This document shows, piece after piece, positions 30,229 through 47,634 of a stretch of DNA of 64,000 nt (positions within the stretch are counted from its first letter, which is position 1; every line of letters begins with the position of its first letter). Position numbers and translations under genes: made by a program. Below the pieces are notes generated by a model. The model did no database searches. It saw nothing but the letters and a program-made list of their open reading frames with translations, and was not told where the DNA came from. Origin of the DNA: Escherichia phage OES_C-1; sequence record PQ553088, one strand, 5' to 3'.

Positions 30229-30887
30229 TGAGTTTACTTAATAATAAAGCGGGAGTTATTTCCCGCTTAGCAGATTTTCTTGGTTTTAGAACTAAGAAAA
30301 ATGATATTTCGGTTATGAATAATCAGCCGGTAGGCGCTGTAACAATTTCACAAATAGCAAAAGGTTTTTATGACTCAAATGTAGAATCTGCTATCAATGA
30401 TGTTAGAAATATGGCAGAGCAACAGGTTGGAGCTGTATTAATTAATATAAGCGGCGTATCTCCTACTGGCGTGCAACAAACCGACTATTGGTCATTTGAA
30501 GGAACCGTTACTGATACTTCAGCCAAACCAGGTGATCCAGTTATTGTTAACATGTTTGGTATTCCAGTTAAAGCTACTAATGGAATGACTTCAATCGAAT
30601 TTACTAGTGCCGTTAGAATAGCTCTACAGGAAATGGTTGTAAAATTTATTGCAATTGATTCATTTGAAGACCATCCTACCATAGGAAATAAAATACAAGT
30701 TAAGTATTTAGATAACCAAGAACATATCTTAGAACAATACTCTGATAAAGGAATTACTTTCAAACAGGAAATAATTTCTCCTTCTAAACCTGGGTACGGA
30801 ACGTGGCAATTATTAGGTGCGCAAACTGTCACGCTAGATAGTCACACACAACCTACAGTATTTTATTATTTTGAGAGAATAGCATGA
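30228..30887 (+). CDS. 11: baseplate protein gp11 (short tail fiber attachment)
   Basis: 219 aa from ATG at 30228 ([20 protein letters not shown]...); track extension from 30210 rejected. Confidence 0.9.
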   Translation: MSLLNNKAGVISRLADFLGFRTKKNDISVMNNQPVGAVTISQIAKGFYDSNVESAINDVRNMAEQQVGAVLINISGVSPTGVQQTDYWSFEGTVTDTSAKPGDPVIVNMFGIPVKATNGMTSIEFTSAVRIALQEMVVKFIAIDSFEDHPTIGNKIQVKYLDNQEHILEQYSDKGITFKQEIISPSKPGYGTWQLLGAQTVTLDSHTQPTVFYYFERIA

Positions 30888-32434
30888 GTAACAATACATA
30901 TCAGCACGTATCAAATGAATCAAAATATGTTAAATTCGATCCTACTGGATCGAATTTTCCTGACACTGTTACGACAGTGCAGTCTGCATTATCAAAAATA
31001 AGTAATATCGGCGTAAATGGTATTCCTGATGCAACTATGGAAGTTAAAGGAATAGCAATGATTGCATCGGAGCAAGAGGTTTTAGATGGAACTAATAATT
31101 CTAAAATCGTTACGCCAGCTACATTAGCAACAAGGTTATTATATCCAAATGCTACTGAAACTAAGTATGGTTTAACGCGCTATTCAACAAATGAAGAAAC
31201 ATTAGAAGGCTCAGATAATAATTCATCAATAACGCCGCAAAAACTGAAATACCACACTGACGATGTGTTCCAAAATAGATATTCGTCTGAGTCATCAAAC
31301 GGGGTTATTAAAATATCATCTACACCTGCAGCTTTAGCTGGAGTTGATGATACTACGGCAATGACTCCATTAAAAACACAAAAACTTGCAATAAAATTAA
31401 TTTCACAAATAGCCCCTTCCGAAGATACTGCATCAGAATCTGTGAGAGGTGTAGTTCAATTATCTACTGTTGCGCAAACTCGTCAAGGAACTCTCCGCGA
31501 AGGATATGCAATTTCTCCGTATACCTTTATGAATTCTGTTGCAACACAAGAATATAAGGGTGTTATACGTTTAGGAACACAATCGGAAATTAACAGTAAT
31601 TTGGGAGATGTTGCAGTAACAGGTGAAACACTAAATGGTCGAGGAGCTACTGGTTCTATGCGTGGAGTAGTTAAATTAACGACGCAAGCCGGTATTGCCC
31701 CTGAAGGTGATAGTTCTGGAGCATTAGCGTGGAACGCAGATGTAATTAATACGCGTGGTGGACAAACTATTAATGGTTCTTTAAATTTAGACCATCTTAC
31801 AGCAAACGGAATTTGGTCGCGCGGCGGAATGTGGAAAAATGGCGATCAACCTGTTGCCACTGAAAGATATGCGTCCGAACGAGTTCCGGTTGGAACTATT
31901 ATGATGTTTGCGGGTGATTCAGCACCTCCAGGTTGGATTATGTGTCATGGTGGAACCGTGTCAGGTGACCAATTTCCTGATTATAGAAACGTAGTTGGAA
32001 CAAGATTTGGTGGCGATTGGAATAATCCTGGCGTTCCTGATATGCGGGGTCTTTTCGTCAGAGGAGCTGGCACAGGCGGTCATATTTTAAATCAACGAGG
32101 ACAAGATGGTTATGGAAAGGATAGACTTGGCGTAGGATGTGACGGAATGCATGTTGGTGGTGTTCAAGCACAACAAATGTCATACCATAAACACGCCGGT
32201 GGTTGGGGGGAACATAACAGAAGTGAAGGCCCATTTGGCGCGTCTGTTTATCAAGGATATCTTGGAACTAGAAAATATGCCGACTGGGATAATGCTTCAT
32301 ACTTCACTAATGATGGATTTGAATTAGGCGGACCGAGAGATGCCCTTGGTACACTTAATCGTGAAGGATTAATTGGTTATGAAACTAGACCATGGAATAT
32401 ATCATTAAACTATATTATTAAAGTTCATTACTAA
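30884..32434 (+). CDS. 12: short tail fiber protein gp12
   Basis: 516 aa; [13 protein letters not shown]... N-terminus; ATGA overlap with gene 11. Confidence 0.9.
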   Translation: MSNNTYQHVSNESKYVKFDPTGSNFPDTVTTVQSALSKISNIGVNGIPDATMEVKGIAMIASEQEVLDGTNNSKIVTPATLATRLLYPNATETKYGLTRYSTNEETLEGSDNNSSITPQKLKYHTDDVFQNRYSSESSNGVIKISSTPAALAGVDDTTAMTPLKTQKLAIKLISQIAPSEDTASESVRGVVQLSTVAQTRQGTLREGYAISPYTFMNSVATQEYKGVIRLGTQSEINSNLGDVAVTGETLNGRGATGSMRGVVKLTTQAGIAPEGDSSGALAWNADVINTRGGQTINGSLNLDHLTANGIWSRGGMWKNGDQPVATERYASERVPVGTIMMFAGDSAPPGWIMCHGGTVSGDQFPDYRNVVGTRFGGDWNNPGVPDMRGLFVRGAGTGGHILNQRGQDGYGKDRLGVGCDGMHVGGVQAQQMSYHKHAGGWGEHNRSEGPFGASVYQGYLGTRKYADWDNASYFTNDGFELGGPRDALGTLNREGLIGYETRPWNISLNYIIKVHY

Positions 32435-32443
32435 GGATTACAA

Positions 32444-33901
32444 ATGATTGAATTAAAAGATTTACCTTTTGTTGATAGCGTTCCTGATGAAGGTCAGGAA
32501 CGTATTTCATGGATTAAAAATGGTGAAGAAATATTAGGAGCTAGTACTAAGTATGGAAATGATGGATCAATGAATAGACCAATTGTTTCCGTGTTTAAAA
32601 ACGTCGAGGTTCTTGATGAAAATGTGGGAATTCTTAAAACTGCCATTGAAACATCACAGAAAGATATTAAAACAATTCAAGGAGTTTTAGATGTATCAGG
32701 AGATATAGAAGCACTATCGCAGATCAGTGTTAATAAAAATGACATATCGAATTTAAAGACACTTACTAATGAACACACTGACATATTAACTGGAACTAAT
32801 AATACAGTTGACAAAATTATTGCTGATATAGGTCCATTTAATGATGAAGAAAACTCTGTTTATAGAACAATTAGAAATGATTTATTGTGGATTAAACAGG
32901 AATTAGGACAATATTCTGGCCAAGACATTAACGGTCTTCCTGTTGTTGGTAATGCTAGCACAGGAATGAAACACAGAATAATAACAAATAGTACATTATT
33001 ATCTTCACAAGGCATTCGTTTAAGTGAATTAGAAAATAAATTTACTGAATCTGACGTAGGATCATTAACTGTTGAAGTTGGTAAATTACGTGATGAACTT
33101 GGTAATAAACCAGTAGATTTTGGGCCAAATATTTATAATAGATTAAACACCATAGATGATAAACAAACTTTAATAATTTCTGATATAGCAGAAATTAAAT
33201 CTTCTATTGGATACCCAGAAAATGTTTCTATAATAACAGAAATTAATAATAACAAAAGTAGCATTGAAGCTATTAATAATGAATTAAATCAGAGTGAAGG
33301 TGTTAAACAGCGCTTAACGGCTATTGAAACTTCTATAGGTTCAGATGATATTCCTTCTAGTATTAAAGGAAAAATTAAAAATCACACAACTTCTATTGAG
33401 TCTTTAAACGGAATTGTTGGTGAAAACACTTCGTCTGGTTTAAGAGCGAATGTTTCGTGGTTAAATCAAATTGTTGGAACTGACTCCAGCGGAGGACAAC
33501 CGTCTCCTTCTGGATCTCTATTAAATAAAGTTTCAGTGCTTGAAGGAGAAGTTTCAGTTTTAAACAATAATGTTCAAAATATACAAGTTGAAATAGGAAA
33601 TAATAGAACAGGAATTAAAGGTCAAGTTATTGAACTTACTTCACTTATAAATGGAAATAATCCTGACGGATCAACTGTTGAAGAACGAGGATTAACTAAT
33701 TCTATAAAAACGAATGAAACTAACATTGCGGCAGTCACACATGAAGTAAATACAGCTAAAGACAATATATCCTCTTTACAGAGCAGCGTTCAAGCTCTAC
33801 AAGAAGCAGGTTATATTCCTGAAGCTCCAAAAGATGGCCAAGCTTACGTTCGTAAAGACGGCGAATGGGTACTACTTTCTACCTTTTTATCACCAGCATA
33901 A
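32444..33901 (+). CDS. wac: fibritin (whisker antigen control)
   Basis: 485 aa coiled-coil; C-terminal foldon [27 protein letters not shown]. Confidence 0.9.
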   Translation: MIELKDLPFVDSVPDEGQERISWIKNGEEILGASTKYGNDGSMNRPIVSVFKNVEVLDENVGILKTAIETSQKDIKTIQGVLDVSGDIEALSQISVNKNDISNLKTLTNEHTDILTGTNNTVDKIIADIGPFNDEENSVYRTIRNDLLWIKQELGQYSGQDINGLPVVGNASTGMKHRIITNSTLLSSQGIRLSELENKFTESDVGSLTVEVGKLRDELGNKPVDFGPNIYNRLNTIDDKQTLIISDIAEIKSSIGYPENVSIITEINNNKSSIEAINNELNQSEGVKQRLTAIETSIGSDDIPSSIKGKIKNHTTSIESLNGIVGENTSSGLRANVSWLNQIVGTDSSGGQPSPSGSLLNKVSVLEGEVSVLNNNVQNIQVEIGNNRTGIKGQVIELTSLINGNNPDGSTVEERGLTNSIKTNETNIAAVTHEVNTAKDNISSLQSSVQALQEAGYIPEAPKDGQAYVRKDGEWVLLSTFLSPA

Positions 33902-33904
33902 CAT

Positions 33905-33920
33905 GGGGCCGCAAGGCCCC
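33905..33920 (+). terminator. stem-loop after wac (possible terminator or RNA-stability element)
   Basis: GGGGCCGCAAGGCCCC hairpin; no clean T-tract. Confidence 0.4.
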
Positions 33921-33933
33921 AAAGGATTTTTAA

Positions 33934-35635
<1,702 letters not shown>

Positions 35636-35676
35636 TAAATATTATAAACTAATTAAAGCCCAGATTAGGAGAAATC

Positions 35677-38817
<3,141 letters not shown>

Positions 38818-38845
38818 TATTAAAGCATATTAAAGAGGATTAAAA

Positions 38846-40825
38846 ATGACTTTATTATCTCCGGGCATTGAGCTCAAAGAAACTACGGTTCAAAGCACCG
38901 TGGTTAATAACTCTACTGGTACAGCAGCTTTGGCCGGTAAATTCCAGTGGGGTCCTGCTTTTCAGATTAAACAGGTTACAAATGAAGTAGATTTAGTTAA
39001 TACTTTTGGTCAACCTACAGCTGAAACTGCTGATTATTTTATGTCTGCAATGAATTTCTTACAATATGGAAATGATTTGCGAGTTGTGCGTGCTGTCGAT
39101 AGAGATACCGCTAAAAACTCATCTCCGATTGCTGGTAATATTGAATACACTATTTCTACCCCAGGTAGTAACTACGCGGTTGGAGATAAAATCACAGTTA
39201 AGTATGTTTCAGAAGATGTTGAAACAGAGGGTAAAATTACCGAAGTAGATGCTGATGGAAAAATTAAGAAAATTAATATTCCTACCGCAAAAATTATCGC
39301 TAAAGCGAAAGAAGTCGGTGAATATCCAGAACTAGGTTCTAACTGGACCGCGGAAATTTCTTCGTCTTCATCTGGCTTAGCTGCAGTAATAACTCTCGGA
39401 AAAATTATTACTGATTCCGGTATTTTATTAGCTGAAATTGAAAATGCTGAAGCTGCTATGACAGCGGTTGACTTTCAAGCAAATCTCGAAAAATATGGAA
39501 TTCCAGGAGTAGTAGCTCTTTATCCAGGCGAGTTGGGCGATAAAATCGAAATTGAAATCGTATCTAAAGCTGACTACGCAAAAGGTGCTTCTGCATTACT
39601 CCCAATTTATCCAGGTGGCGGAACACGCGCATCTACTGCTAAGGCAGTGTTTGGATATGGACCACAAACTGATTCACAATACGCTATTATAGTTCGTCGT
39701 AATGATGCTATTGTTCAAAGCGTTGTTCTTTCAACAAAGCGTGGTGAAAAAGACATTTATGATAGTAACATCTATATTGATGACTTTTTCGCAAAAGGCG
39801 GTTCAGAATATATTTTCGCAACTGCACAAAACTGGCCAGAAGGCTTCTCTGGAATTTTAACTCTGTCTGGTGGATTATCATCAAATTCTGAGGTCACAGC
39901 AGGAGATTTGATGGAAGCTTGGGACTTCTTTGCTGACCGTGAATCTGTTGACGTTCAGTTGTTTATTGCGGGTTCTTGCGCCGGTGAATCTTTAGAAACA
40001 GCATCTACTGTCCAAAAACACGTCGTTTCAATTGGGGATGCACGCCAAGATTGCTTAGTATTGTGCTCACCACCGCGTGAAACTGTAGTTGGAATTCCTG
40101 TAACTCGTGCTGTTGATAACTTAGTCAATTGGAGAACCGCAGCAGGTTCATACACTGATAATAACTTTAATATCAGTTCAACCTATGCAGCAATTGATGG
40201 TAACTACAAATATCAGTATGACAAATATAATGATGTAAATCGCTGGGTTCCATTAGCAGCTGATATTGCCGGTTTATGTGCAAGAACCGATAACGTTTCT
40301 CAGACTTGGATGTCTCCAGCTGGTTATAATCGCGGTCAGATTCTTAACGTTATTAAACTTGCTATTGAAACTCGCCAAGCTCAGCGCGACCGTTTATACC
40401 AAGAAGCTATCAACCCAGTAACTGGTACAGGTGGTGATGGTTACGTATTATATGGTGATAAAACAGCTACTTCTGTTCCTTCTCCATTTGATCGTATTAA
40501 CGTTCGTCGTCTGTTTAATATGTTGAAAACGAATATCGGACGTAGTTCAAAATATCGTTTGTTCGAATTAAACAACGCGTTTACTCGTTCATCATTCCGC
40601 ACAGAAACTGCCCAATACTTACAGGGAATTAAAGCTCTCGGTGGAATTTATGAATATCGTGTAGTTTGCGATACAACAAATAACACTCCGTCAGTAATTG
40701 ATAGAAATGAGTTTGTTGCAACATTCTACATCCAACCGGCGCGCAGTATAAATTATATCCAACTTAATTTCGTCGCAACTGCTACTGGTGCAGATTTCGA
40801 TGAGTTAACTGGTCTTGCAGGTTAA
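38846..40825 (+). CDS. 18: tail sheath protein gp18
   Basis: 659 aa; same length as T4 gp18. Confidence 0.95.
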   Translation: MTLLSPGIELKETTVQSTVVNNSTGTAALAGKFQWGPAFQIKQVTNEVDLVNTFGQPTAETADYFMSAMNFLQYGNDLRVVRAVDRDTAKNSSPIAGNIEYTISTPGSNYAVGDKITVKYVSEDVETEGKITEVDADGKIKKINIPTAKIIAKAKEVGEYPELGSNWTAEISSSSSGLAAVITLGKIITDSGILLAEIENAEAAMTAVDFQANLEKYGIPGVVALYPGELGDKIEIEIVSKADYAKGASALLPIYPGGGTRASTAKAVFGYGPQTDSQYAIIVRRNDAIVQSVVLSTKRGEKDIYDSNIYIDDFFAKGGSEYIFATAQNWPEGFSGILTLSGGLSSNSEVTAGDLMEAWDFFADRESVDVQLFIAGSCAGESLETASTVQKHVVSIGDARQDCLVLCSPPRETVVGIPVTRAVDNLVNWRTAAGSYTDNNFNISSTYAAIDGNYKYQYDKYNDVNRWVPLAADIAGLCARTDNVSQTWMSPAGYNRGQILNVIKLAIETRQAQRDRLYQEAINPVTGTGGDGYVLYGDKTATSVPSPFDRINVRRLFNMLKTNIGRSSKYRLFELNNAFTRSSFRTETAQYLQGIKALGGIYEYRVVCDTTNNTPSVIDRNEFVATFYIQPARSINYIQLNFVATATGADFDELTGLAG

Positions 40826-40841
40826 TACGGTGCATTCTAAA

Positions 40842-40859
40842 GGCCTGTTTCGGCAGGCC
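40842..40859 (+). terminator. stem-loop after gene 18
   Basis: GGCCTGTTTCGGCAGGCC hairpin. Confidence 0.45.
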
Positions 40860-40860
40860 A

Positions 40861-40927
40861 TATAAATACACTATATCCTTAATTCTTTAATTCTATATGC
40901 CCTAGGTTAAACATAGGGATATAAATA
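40861..40927 (+). promoter_or_regulatory. two late promoters (TATAAATA) upstream of gene 19
   Basis: tataaata at 40861-40868 and 40920-40927. Confidence 0.55.
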
Positions 40928-40941
40928 CTACAGAGGCTAAT

Positions 40942-41433
40942 ATGTTTGTAGATGATGTAACACGAGCGTTTGAATCTGGTGATTTTGCTCGACCTAACTT
41001 ATTCCAAGTAGAAATTTCTTATCTTGGACAAAATTTTACGTTTCAATGTAAAGCCACTGCTTTACCAGCTGGTATTGTAGAAAAAATTCCAGTCGGATTT
41101 ATGAACCGTAAAATTAACGTAGCAGGCGATCGTACATTCGATGACTGGACTGTTACAGTAATGAACGATGAAGCTCATGATGCTCGCCAGAAGTTCGTTG
41201 ATTGGCAAAGCATTGCTGCGGGGCAAGGAAACGAAATTACTGGTGGAAAACCTGCAGAGTATAAAAAGAGCGCTATCGTTCGTCAATATGCTCGTGACGC
41301 TAAAACAGTAACAAAAGAAATTGAAATTAAAGGTCTGTGGCCTACTAACGTGGGTGAACTTCAGTTAGATTGGGATTCAAACAATGAAATCCAAACATTT
41401 GAAGTAACTCTTGCTCTCGATTATTGGGAATAA
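40942..41433 (+). CDS. 19: tail tube protein gp19
   Basis: 163 aa; same length as T4 gp19. Confidence 0.9.
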   Translation: MFVDDVTRAFESGDFARPNLFQVEISYLGQNFTFQCKATALPAGIVEKIPVGFMNRKINVAGDRTFDDWTVTVMNDEAHDARQKFVDWQSIAAGQGNEITGGKPAEYKKSAIVRQYARDAKTVTKEIEIKGLWPTNVGELQLDWDSNNEIQTFEVTLALDYWE

Positions 41434-41438
41434 AATGA

Positions 41439-43090
<1,652 letters not shown>

Positions 43091-43091
<1 letters not shown>

Positions 43092-43336
43092 TGGAAGGTT
43101 TAATTGAAGCTATTAAATCAAACGACCTCGTAGCCGCTCGTAAATTATTTGCTGAAGCCATGGCTGCAAGAACGATTGATTTAATTAAAGAAGAAAAAAT
43201 CGCTATCGCTCGTAATTTCTTAATCGAAGGTGAAGAACCTGAAGACGAGGATGATGAAGACGAAGATAGTGATGATAAAGACGACAAAAAAGACAAAGAC
43301 TCTGACGAAGATGACGAAGACGAGGATGATGAATAA
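43091..43336 (+). CDS. 67: prohead core protein gp67
   Basis: 81 aa with highly acidic D/E-rich C-terminus; TAATG overlap with gene 20. Confidence 0.8.
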
Positions 43337-43761
43337 TGCTTCTGATCCCTGAAACTCATGAATTAGTTCTCAAGAATGTCGAAGCACTTATTCCTGAAGC
43401 ACAGGGTCGCTTTGACGAATTGTCTTCTGCTTTAAATAAAGACGATATAAATACAATTGTCGAGAATATGCTTGATGATGAAACTGATTTAGCGGTTGCA
43501 TTAGCTTCTATTAATGAAAATATGCCGTTAAATGAATTTATCGTTAAACATGTTTCTGCCCGTGGTGAAATTACTCGCACTAAAGATCGCAAAACACGCG
43601 AACGTAATGCATTTCAAACCACTGGGCTGTCTAAAGCAAAACGTAGACAAATTGCTCGCAAAGCTACCAAAACGAAGATTGCCAATCCAGCAGGTCAATC
43701 TCGTGCTCAGCGTAAGCGTAAAAAAGCTCTTAAACGCCGTAAAGCATTAGGATTAAGCTAA
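43336..43761 (+). CDS. 68: prohead core protein gp68
   Basis: 141 aa; same length as T4 gp68. Confidence 0.8.
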   Translation: MLLIPETHELVLKNVEALIPEAQGRFDELSSALNKDDINTIVENMLDDETDLAVALASINENMPLNEFIVKHVSARGEITRTKDRKTRERNAFQTTGLSKAKRRQIARKATKTKIANPAGQSRAQRKRKKALKRRKALGLS

Positions 43762-44399
43762 TGAATGAACCCCAATTACTAATTGAAACTTGGGGTCAAC
43801 CTGGCGAAATTATTGATGGTGTGCCAATGCTTGAATCCCACGATGGAAAAGACTTAGGGTTAAAACCTGGTTTATACATCGAAGGAATATTCATGCAAGC
43901 AGAAGTCGTCAATAGAAATAAACGTCTTTATCCAAAACGCATATTAGAAAAAGCGGTAAAAGACTATATTAATGAGCAAGTTTTAACTAAACAAGCTCTC
44001 GGAGAATTAAATCATCCTCCACGCGCTAATGTTGACCCGATGCAAGCCGCTATCATTATAGAAGATATGTGGTGGAAAGGAAATGACGTATACGGACGAG
44101 CTCGTGTTATTGAAGGTGACCACGGTCCTGGAGATAAATTAGCAGCTAATATTCGTGCCGGATGGATTCCAGGAGTTTCTTCTCGTGGATTAGGTTCATT
44201 GACTGACACAAATAAAGGTTATCGTATCGTAAACGAAGGATTCAAATTAACTGTAGGTGTTGATGCAGTATGGGGTCCAAGTGCTCCAGATGCATGGGTA
44301 ACTCCTAAGGAAATTACAGAATCACAGACGGCGGAAGCCGATACAAGTGCCGATGACGCCTATATGGCTCTCGCAGAGGCCATGAAAAAAGCGTTATAA
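43761..44399 (+). CDS. 21: prohead core scaffold protein and protease gp21
   Basis: 212 aa; same length as T4 gp21. Confidence 0.9.
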   Translation: MNEPQLLIETWGQPGEIIDGVPMLESHDGKDLGLKPGLYIEGIFMQAEVVNRNKRLYPKRILEKAVKDYINEQVLTKQALGELNHPPRANVDPMQAAIIIEDMWWKGNDVYGRARVIEGDHGPGDKLAANIRAGWIPGVSSRGLGSLTDTNKGYRIVNEGFKLTVGVDAVWGPSAPDAWVTPKEITESQTAEADTSADDAYMALAEAMKKAL

Positions 44400-44429
44400 A
44401 TATTATTATCTAAACAACAGGACTACAAA

Positions 44430-45239
44430 ATGCTTAAAGAACAACTGATTGCCGAAGCGCAGAAAATTGATGCTTCCGTTGCTCTTGATAGTATTTTCGA
44501 ATCAGTTAATATTTCTCCGGAAGCAAAAGAAACTTTCGGCACTGTATTCGAAGCTACCGTCAAGCAGCACGCCGTTAAATTAGCTGAATCTCATATCGCT
44601 AAAATTGCTGAAAAAGCAGAAGAAGAAGTAGAAAAAAATAAAGAAGAAGCAGAAGAAAAAGCTGAGAAGAAAATCGCTGAGCAAGCTTCTAAATTCCTTG
44701 ACCATCTTGCAAAAGAATGGCTCACTGAAAATAAATTAGCAGTAGATAAAGGTATCAAAGCCGAACTGTTTGAATCCATGCTTGGTGGATTGAAAGAGCT
44801 CTTCGTTGAACACAACGTTGTTGTTCCAGAAGAATCAGTTGATGTTGTAGCTGAAATGGAAGAAGAACTGCAAGAACATAAAGAAGAATCAGCTCGTCTG
44901 TTCGAAGAACTCAATAAGCGTGACGCATATATCAATTATGTGCAGCGTGAAGTGGCATTGAGCGAAAGTACTAAAGATCTGACTGAGTCTCAAAAAGAAA
45001 AAGTCTCTGCTCTGGTCGAAGGTATGGATTATTCAGATGCATTCTCAAGTAAATTGAGTGCAATCGTAGAAATGGTGAAGAAATCTAATAAAGATGAAAG
45101 CACTATTACTGAGAGTATAAATACTCCTGATACTGAAGCAGCCGGACTGAATTTCGTCACTGAAGCTGTAGAAGATAAATCTGCACAAGGTGCAGAAGAT
45201 ATTGTAAGTGTATATGCGAAAGTCGCATCTCGTTTCTAA
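44430..45239 (+). CDS. 22: prohead scaffold protein gp22
   Basis: 269 aa; E/K-rich coiled coil. Confidence 0.9.
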   Translation: MLKEQLIAEAQKIDASVALDSIFESVNISPEAKETFGTVFEATVKQHAVKLAESHIAKIAEKAEEEVEKNKEEAEEKAEKKIAEQASKFLDHLAKEWLTENKLAVDKGIKAELFESMLGGLKELFVEHNVVVPEESVDVVAEMEEELQEHKEESARLFEELNKRDAYINYVQREVALSESTKDLTESQKEKVSALVEGMDYSDAFSSKLSAIVEMVKKSNKDESTITESINTPDTEAAGLNFVTEAVEDKSAQGAEDIVSVYAKVASRF

Positions 45240-45257
45240 TTTTAAAGGTTAACACAA

Positions 45258-46823
45258 ATGACTATCAAAACTAAAGCTGAACTTTTGAACAAATGGAAGC
45301 CATTACTGGAAGGTGAAGGTTTACCGGAAATTGCTAATAGCAAACAAGCGATTATCGCTAAAATCTTTGAAAACCAGGAAAAAGATTTCCAGACAGCTCC
45401 AGAGTACAAAGACGAAAAAATCGCTCAGGCGTTCGGTTCTTTCTTAACAGAAGCTGAAATCGGTGGTGACCACGGTTACAATGCTACTAACATCGCTGCA
45501 GGTCAGACTTCTGGCGCAGTAACTCAGATTGGCCCAGCTGTTATGGGTATGGTACGTCGTGCTATTCCTAACCTGATTGCTTTCGATATTTGTGGTGTTC
45601 AGCCGATGAACAGCCCGACTGGTCAGGTATTCGCACTGCGTGCTGTATACGGTAAAGACCCAATCGCTGCCGATGCTAAAGAAGCATTCCACCCAATGTA
45701 TGGTCCAGATGCAATGTTCTCTGGTCAGGGTGCTGCTAAGAAATTCCCAGCTCTGGCTGTTAGCACACAAACTACAGTAGGTGATATCTATACTCACTTC
45801 TTCCAGGACACTGGTACTGTATATCTGCAGGCTTCTGTTCAAGTAACAATCGATGCTGGCGCGACTGATGCAACTAAATTAGATGCTGAAATTAAAAAAC
45901 AAATGGAAGCTGGTGCACTGGTAGAAATCGCTGAAGGTATGGCTACTTCTATCGCTGAACTTCAGGAAGGTTTCAACGGTTCTACCGATAACCCATGGAA
46001 TGAAATGGGCTTCCGTATCGATAAACAAGTTATCGAAGCTAAATCTCGCCAGCTGAAAGCTGCTTACTCTATTGAATTAGCACAAGACCTCCGCGCTGTT
46101 CACGGTATGGATGCTGATGCTGAACTGTCTGGTATTCTGGCTACCGAAATCATGCTGGAAATCAACCGTGAAGTTGTTGATTGGATTAACTACTCAGCTC
46201 AGGTTGGTAAATCTGGTATGACCCTGACTCCGGGTTCTAAAGCTGGTGTATTTGACTTCCAGGACCCAATCGATATTCGTGGTGCTCGCTGGGCAGGTGA
46301 ATCCTTTAAAGCTCTGTTGTTCCAGATTGACAAAGAAGCAGTTGAAATTGCTCGTCAGACTGGTCGCGGCGAAGGTAACTTCATTATCGCTTCCCGTAAC
46401 GTAGTTAACGTTCTGGCTTCAGTTGATACCGGCATTTCTTATGCTGCACAGGGTCTGGCTACCGGCTTTAACACTGATACTACCAAGTCAGTATTTGCTG
46501 GTGTTCTGGGTGGTAAATACCGTGTATATATCGACCAGTATGCTAAACAGGATTATTTCACTGTAGGTTATAAAGGTCCGAACGAAATGGATGCTGGTAT
46601 TTACTACGCTCCATATGTAGCTCTGACTCCGCTGCGTGGTTCCGATCCGAAGAACTTCCAACCGGTAATGGGATTCAAAACTCGTTACGGTATCGGTATC
46701 AACCCATTTGCAGAATCCGCTGCTCAGGCTCCGGCTTCTCGCATCCAGAGCGGTATGCCTTCTATTCTGAATAGCCTTGGTAAAAACGCTTACTTTAGAC
46801 GTGTATATGTTAAAGGTATCTAA
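45258..46823 (+). CDS. 23: major capsid protein gp23
   Basis: 521 aa; host-like codon usage typical of a highly expressed gene; same length as T4 gp23. Confidence 0.95.
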   Translation: MTIKTKAELLNKWKPLLEGEGLPEIANSKQAIIAKIFENQEKDFQTAPEYKDEKIAQAFGSFLTEAEIGGDHGYNATNIAAGQTSGAVTQIGPAVMGMVRRAIPNLIAFDICGVQPMNSPTGQVFALRAVYGKDPIAADAKEAFHPMYGPDAMFSGQGAAKKFPALAVSTQTTVGDIYTHFFQDTGTVYLQASVQVTIDAGATDATKLDAEIKKQMEAGALVEIAEGMATSIAELQEGFNGSTDNPWNEMGFRIDKQVIEAKSRQLKAAYSIELAQDLRAVHGMDADAELSGILATEIMLEINREVVDWINYSAQVGKSGMTLTPGSKAGVFDFQDPIDIRGARWAGESFKALLFQIDKEAVEIARQTGRGEGNFIIASRNVVNVLASVDTGISYAAQGLATGFNTDTTKSVFAGVLGGKYRVYIDQYAKQDYFTVGYKGPNEMDAGIYYAPYVALTPLRGSDPKNFQPVMGFKTRYGIGINPFAESAAQAPASRIQSGMPSILNSLGKNAYFRRVYVKGI

Positions 46824-46859
46824 TCTCTAACGATAGAAACACAATTTTAGGGAACCTTC

Positions 46860-46882
46860 GGGTTCCCTTTTTCTATTTTATA
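46860..46882 (+). terminator. rho-independent terminator after gene 23 (overlaps segD 3' end)
   Basis: GGGAACCTTCGGGTTCCC hairpin followed by TTTTT. Confidence 0.65.
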
Positions 46883-47535
46883 CGATAGCAATCAGGCATA
46901 TCATCCGCATTTATCCAATTGCGAATAGTTTTAGGACTAACTTTAAAATGCTCCGCTGCGTAATCAGGATTATCAAATTTGACACCCTTTATACATATTG
47001 GAATAAATTTTTTAATACCGCTAAGTTTTTCAGAAATAGCTTTACGATGTGAAATCGATATAGGTTTATTTTTTCGTGGATGAACATGTGTTTTATAATA
47101 TTCATTGCGCCCTTTAACTCGCTTCGCGATAGTTTCATCAGATTGCTTAACGCCTGTTTTTGCCTTTGATATTTTTCGTTTAGCTTCCACAGTCATTCCT
47201 TCTTTTGTTCGCATTGATAACATATTACGATATGAAGGATCTTGCAAATGAACTATAACTGGATTTCCTCTACCACCAATAGCAGCATTATAAGTATCAG
47301 TTCTCATAACGAATTCCTCATTGACTAGTAAAGCTTCCATTTTATACATCTCCTCAGATGAGGAGAAAGAATAAAGAATTTCTTTTTTAAAGTTATGAAT
47401 ACCATATTTTTTGATGGATTTTTTGATGTTTACGCCAGAACCCATATAACCATCGTTTTCGTCAAGAGTAGCATGAGCTCCGATGTAAATTTTTCCATTG
47501 ATGATATTAGTAATTTGATATATTAAATATTTCAT
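46873..47535 (-). CDS. segD: GIY-YIG homing endonuclease (SegD-like)
   Basis: 220 aa from ATG at 47535; YLIYQITNIINGKIYIGAHA...GYMGSG; located between genes 23 and 24 as in T4. Confidence 0.8.
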   Translation of the reverse strand: MKYLIYQITNIINGKIYIGAHATLDENDGYMGSGVNIKKSIKKYGIHNFKKEILYSFSSSEEMYKMEALLVNEEFVMRTDTYNAAIGGRGNPVIVHLQDPSYRNMLSMRTKEGMTVEAKRKISKAKTGVKQSDETIAKRVKGRNEYYKTHVHPRKNKPISISHRKAISEKLSGIKKFIPICIKGVKFDNPDYAAEHFKVSPKTIRNWINADDMPDCYRIK

Positions 47536-47599
47536 TTTAACCACCACTCCATTTGTATATGAATATAATATCATATTACTTTGGTCTTGTAAATAACTT

Positions 47600-47607
47600 T
47601 ATAAATA
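47600..47607 (+). promoter_or_regulatory. late promoter (TATAAATA) for gene 24
   Basis: tataaata about 28 nt upstream of ATG 47635. Confidence 0.55.
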
Positions 47608-47634
47608 GTATTATATTTCAACAAGGAAAATACA